From NCBI RefSeq assembly GCF_000195955.2, contig NC_000962.3:1-32000 (forward strand): 32,000 bases of DNA. Direction: 5' to 3'. Made by a program: the position numbers and the translations under genes. Below, one piece after another: positions 31,824 through 32,000 of the stretch. Position 1 is the first letter of the stretch, and each line of letters starts with the position of its first letter. The notes beneath the pieces are model-generated. The model ran no database searches. It had not been told where the DNA came from and was given only the letters and a program-made list of their open reading frames with translations. Source of the stretch: Mycobacterium tuberculosis H37Rv. Lineage in GTDB: Bacteria; Actinomycetota; Actinomycetes; Mycobacteriales; Mycobacteriaceae.

Positions 31824-31967
31824 CTAGATGAGCCAGGTCTTGGTGCTGTCGGGATCGGGTGCGATGTCGGTGGGCGGCTCGATCGGATTGGGGCCGAACA
31901 ATTCTCGCGCTCGAGTGAGCAGAGCCCGCACCTCGTCGAGTTGCTGCTGCAGCGCAGAATCAGCCAT
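31824..31967 (-). CDS. Candidate small ORF (47 aa) antiparallel to the effector-like block
   Basis: Minus strand ATG at 31967: MADSALQQQLDEVRALLTRARELFGPNPIEPPTDIAPDPDSTKTWLI*; protein-like composition; below the 60-aa cut-off of the supplied ORF track. Confidence 0.5.
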   Translation of the reverse strand: MADSALQQQLDEVRALLTRARELFGPNPIEPPTDIAPDPDSTKTWLI

Positions 31968-32000
31968 AACCCCACGCTACCCAGGCCCCGTCTGACACAC

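Overview
The window matches the first 32 kb of a Mycobacterium tuberculosis-complex chromosome, numbered from dnaA. It is H37Rv-like in gene order and in the gyrA alleles I could read. Left to right it contains: dnaA, oriC, dnaN, recF, a DUF721 gene, gyrB, gyrA, a DUF3566 membrane gene, ileT, alaT, cwsA, ppiA, a PH-like membrane gene, crgA, a DUF881 gene and trpG. These are followed by the minus-strand growth and cell-division signalling cluster pknB-pknA-pbpA-rodA-pstP-fhaB-fhaA, then leuT, a nitronate monooxygenase-like gene, whiB5, an XRE regulator, and a plus-strand accessory block at 28362-31819. Most of this is well characterised. The best candidates for under-described biology are: (1) the 28362-31819 block, which reads as an orphan type VII (ESX) effector-like module: an NlpC/P60 hydrolase, two paralogous helical proteins, an EspC-like protein and an EspH-like protein; (2) an apparent frame break near 30980 in the large helical protein, with a coherent alternative C-terminus in the -1 frame; (3) a decayed integrative-element footprint next to alaT, with a partial tRNA 3'-end direct repeat and a tyrosine-recombinase C-terminal remnant; (4) a consensus-like DnaA box beside a perfect inverted repeat near 13.6 kb; (5) ACGTATAT operator-like repeats between whiB5 and the XRE gene. 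All family assignments come from recognising sequence motifs; no searches were run.
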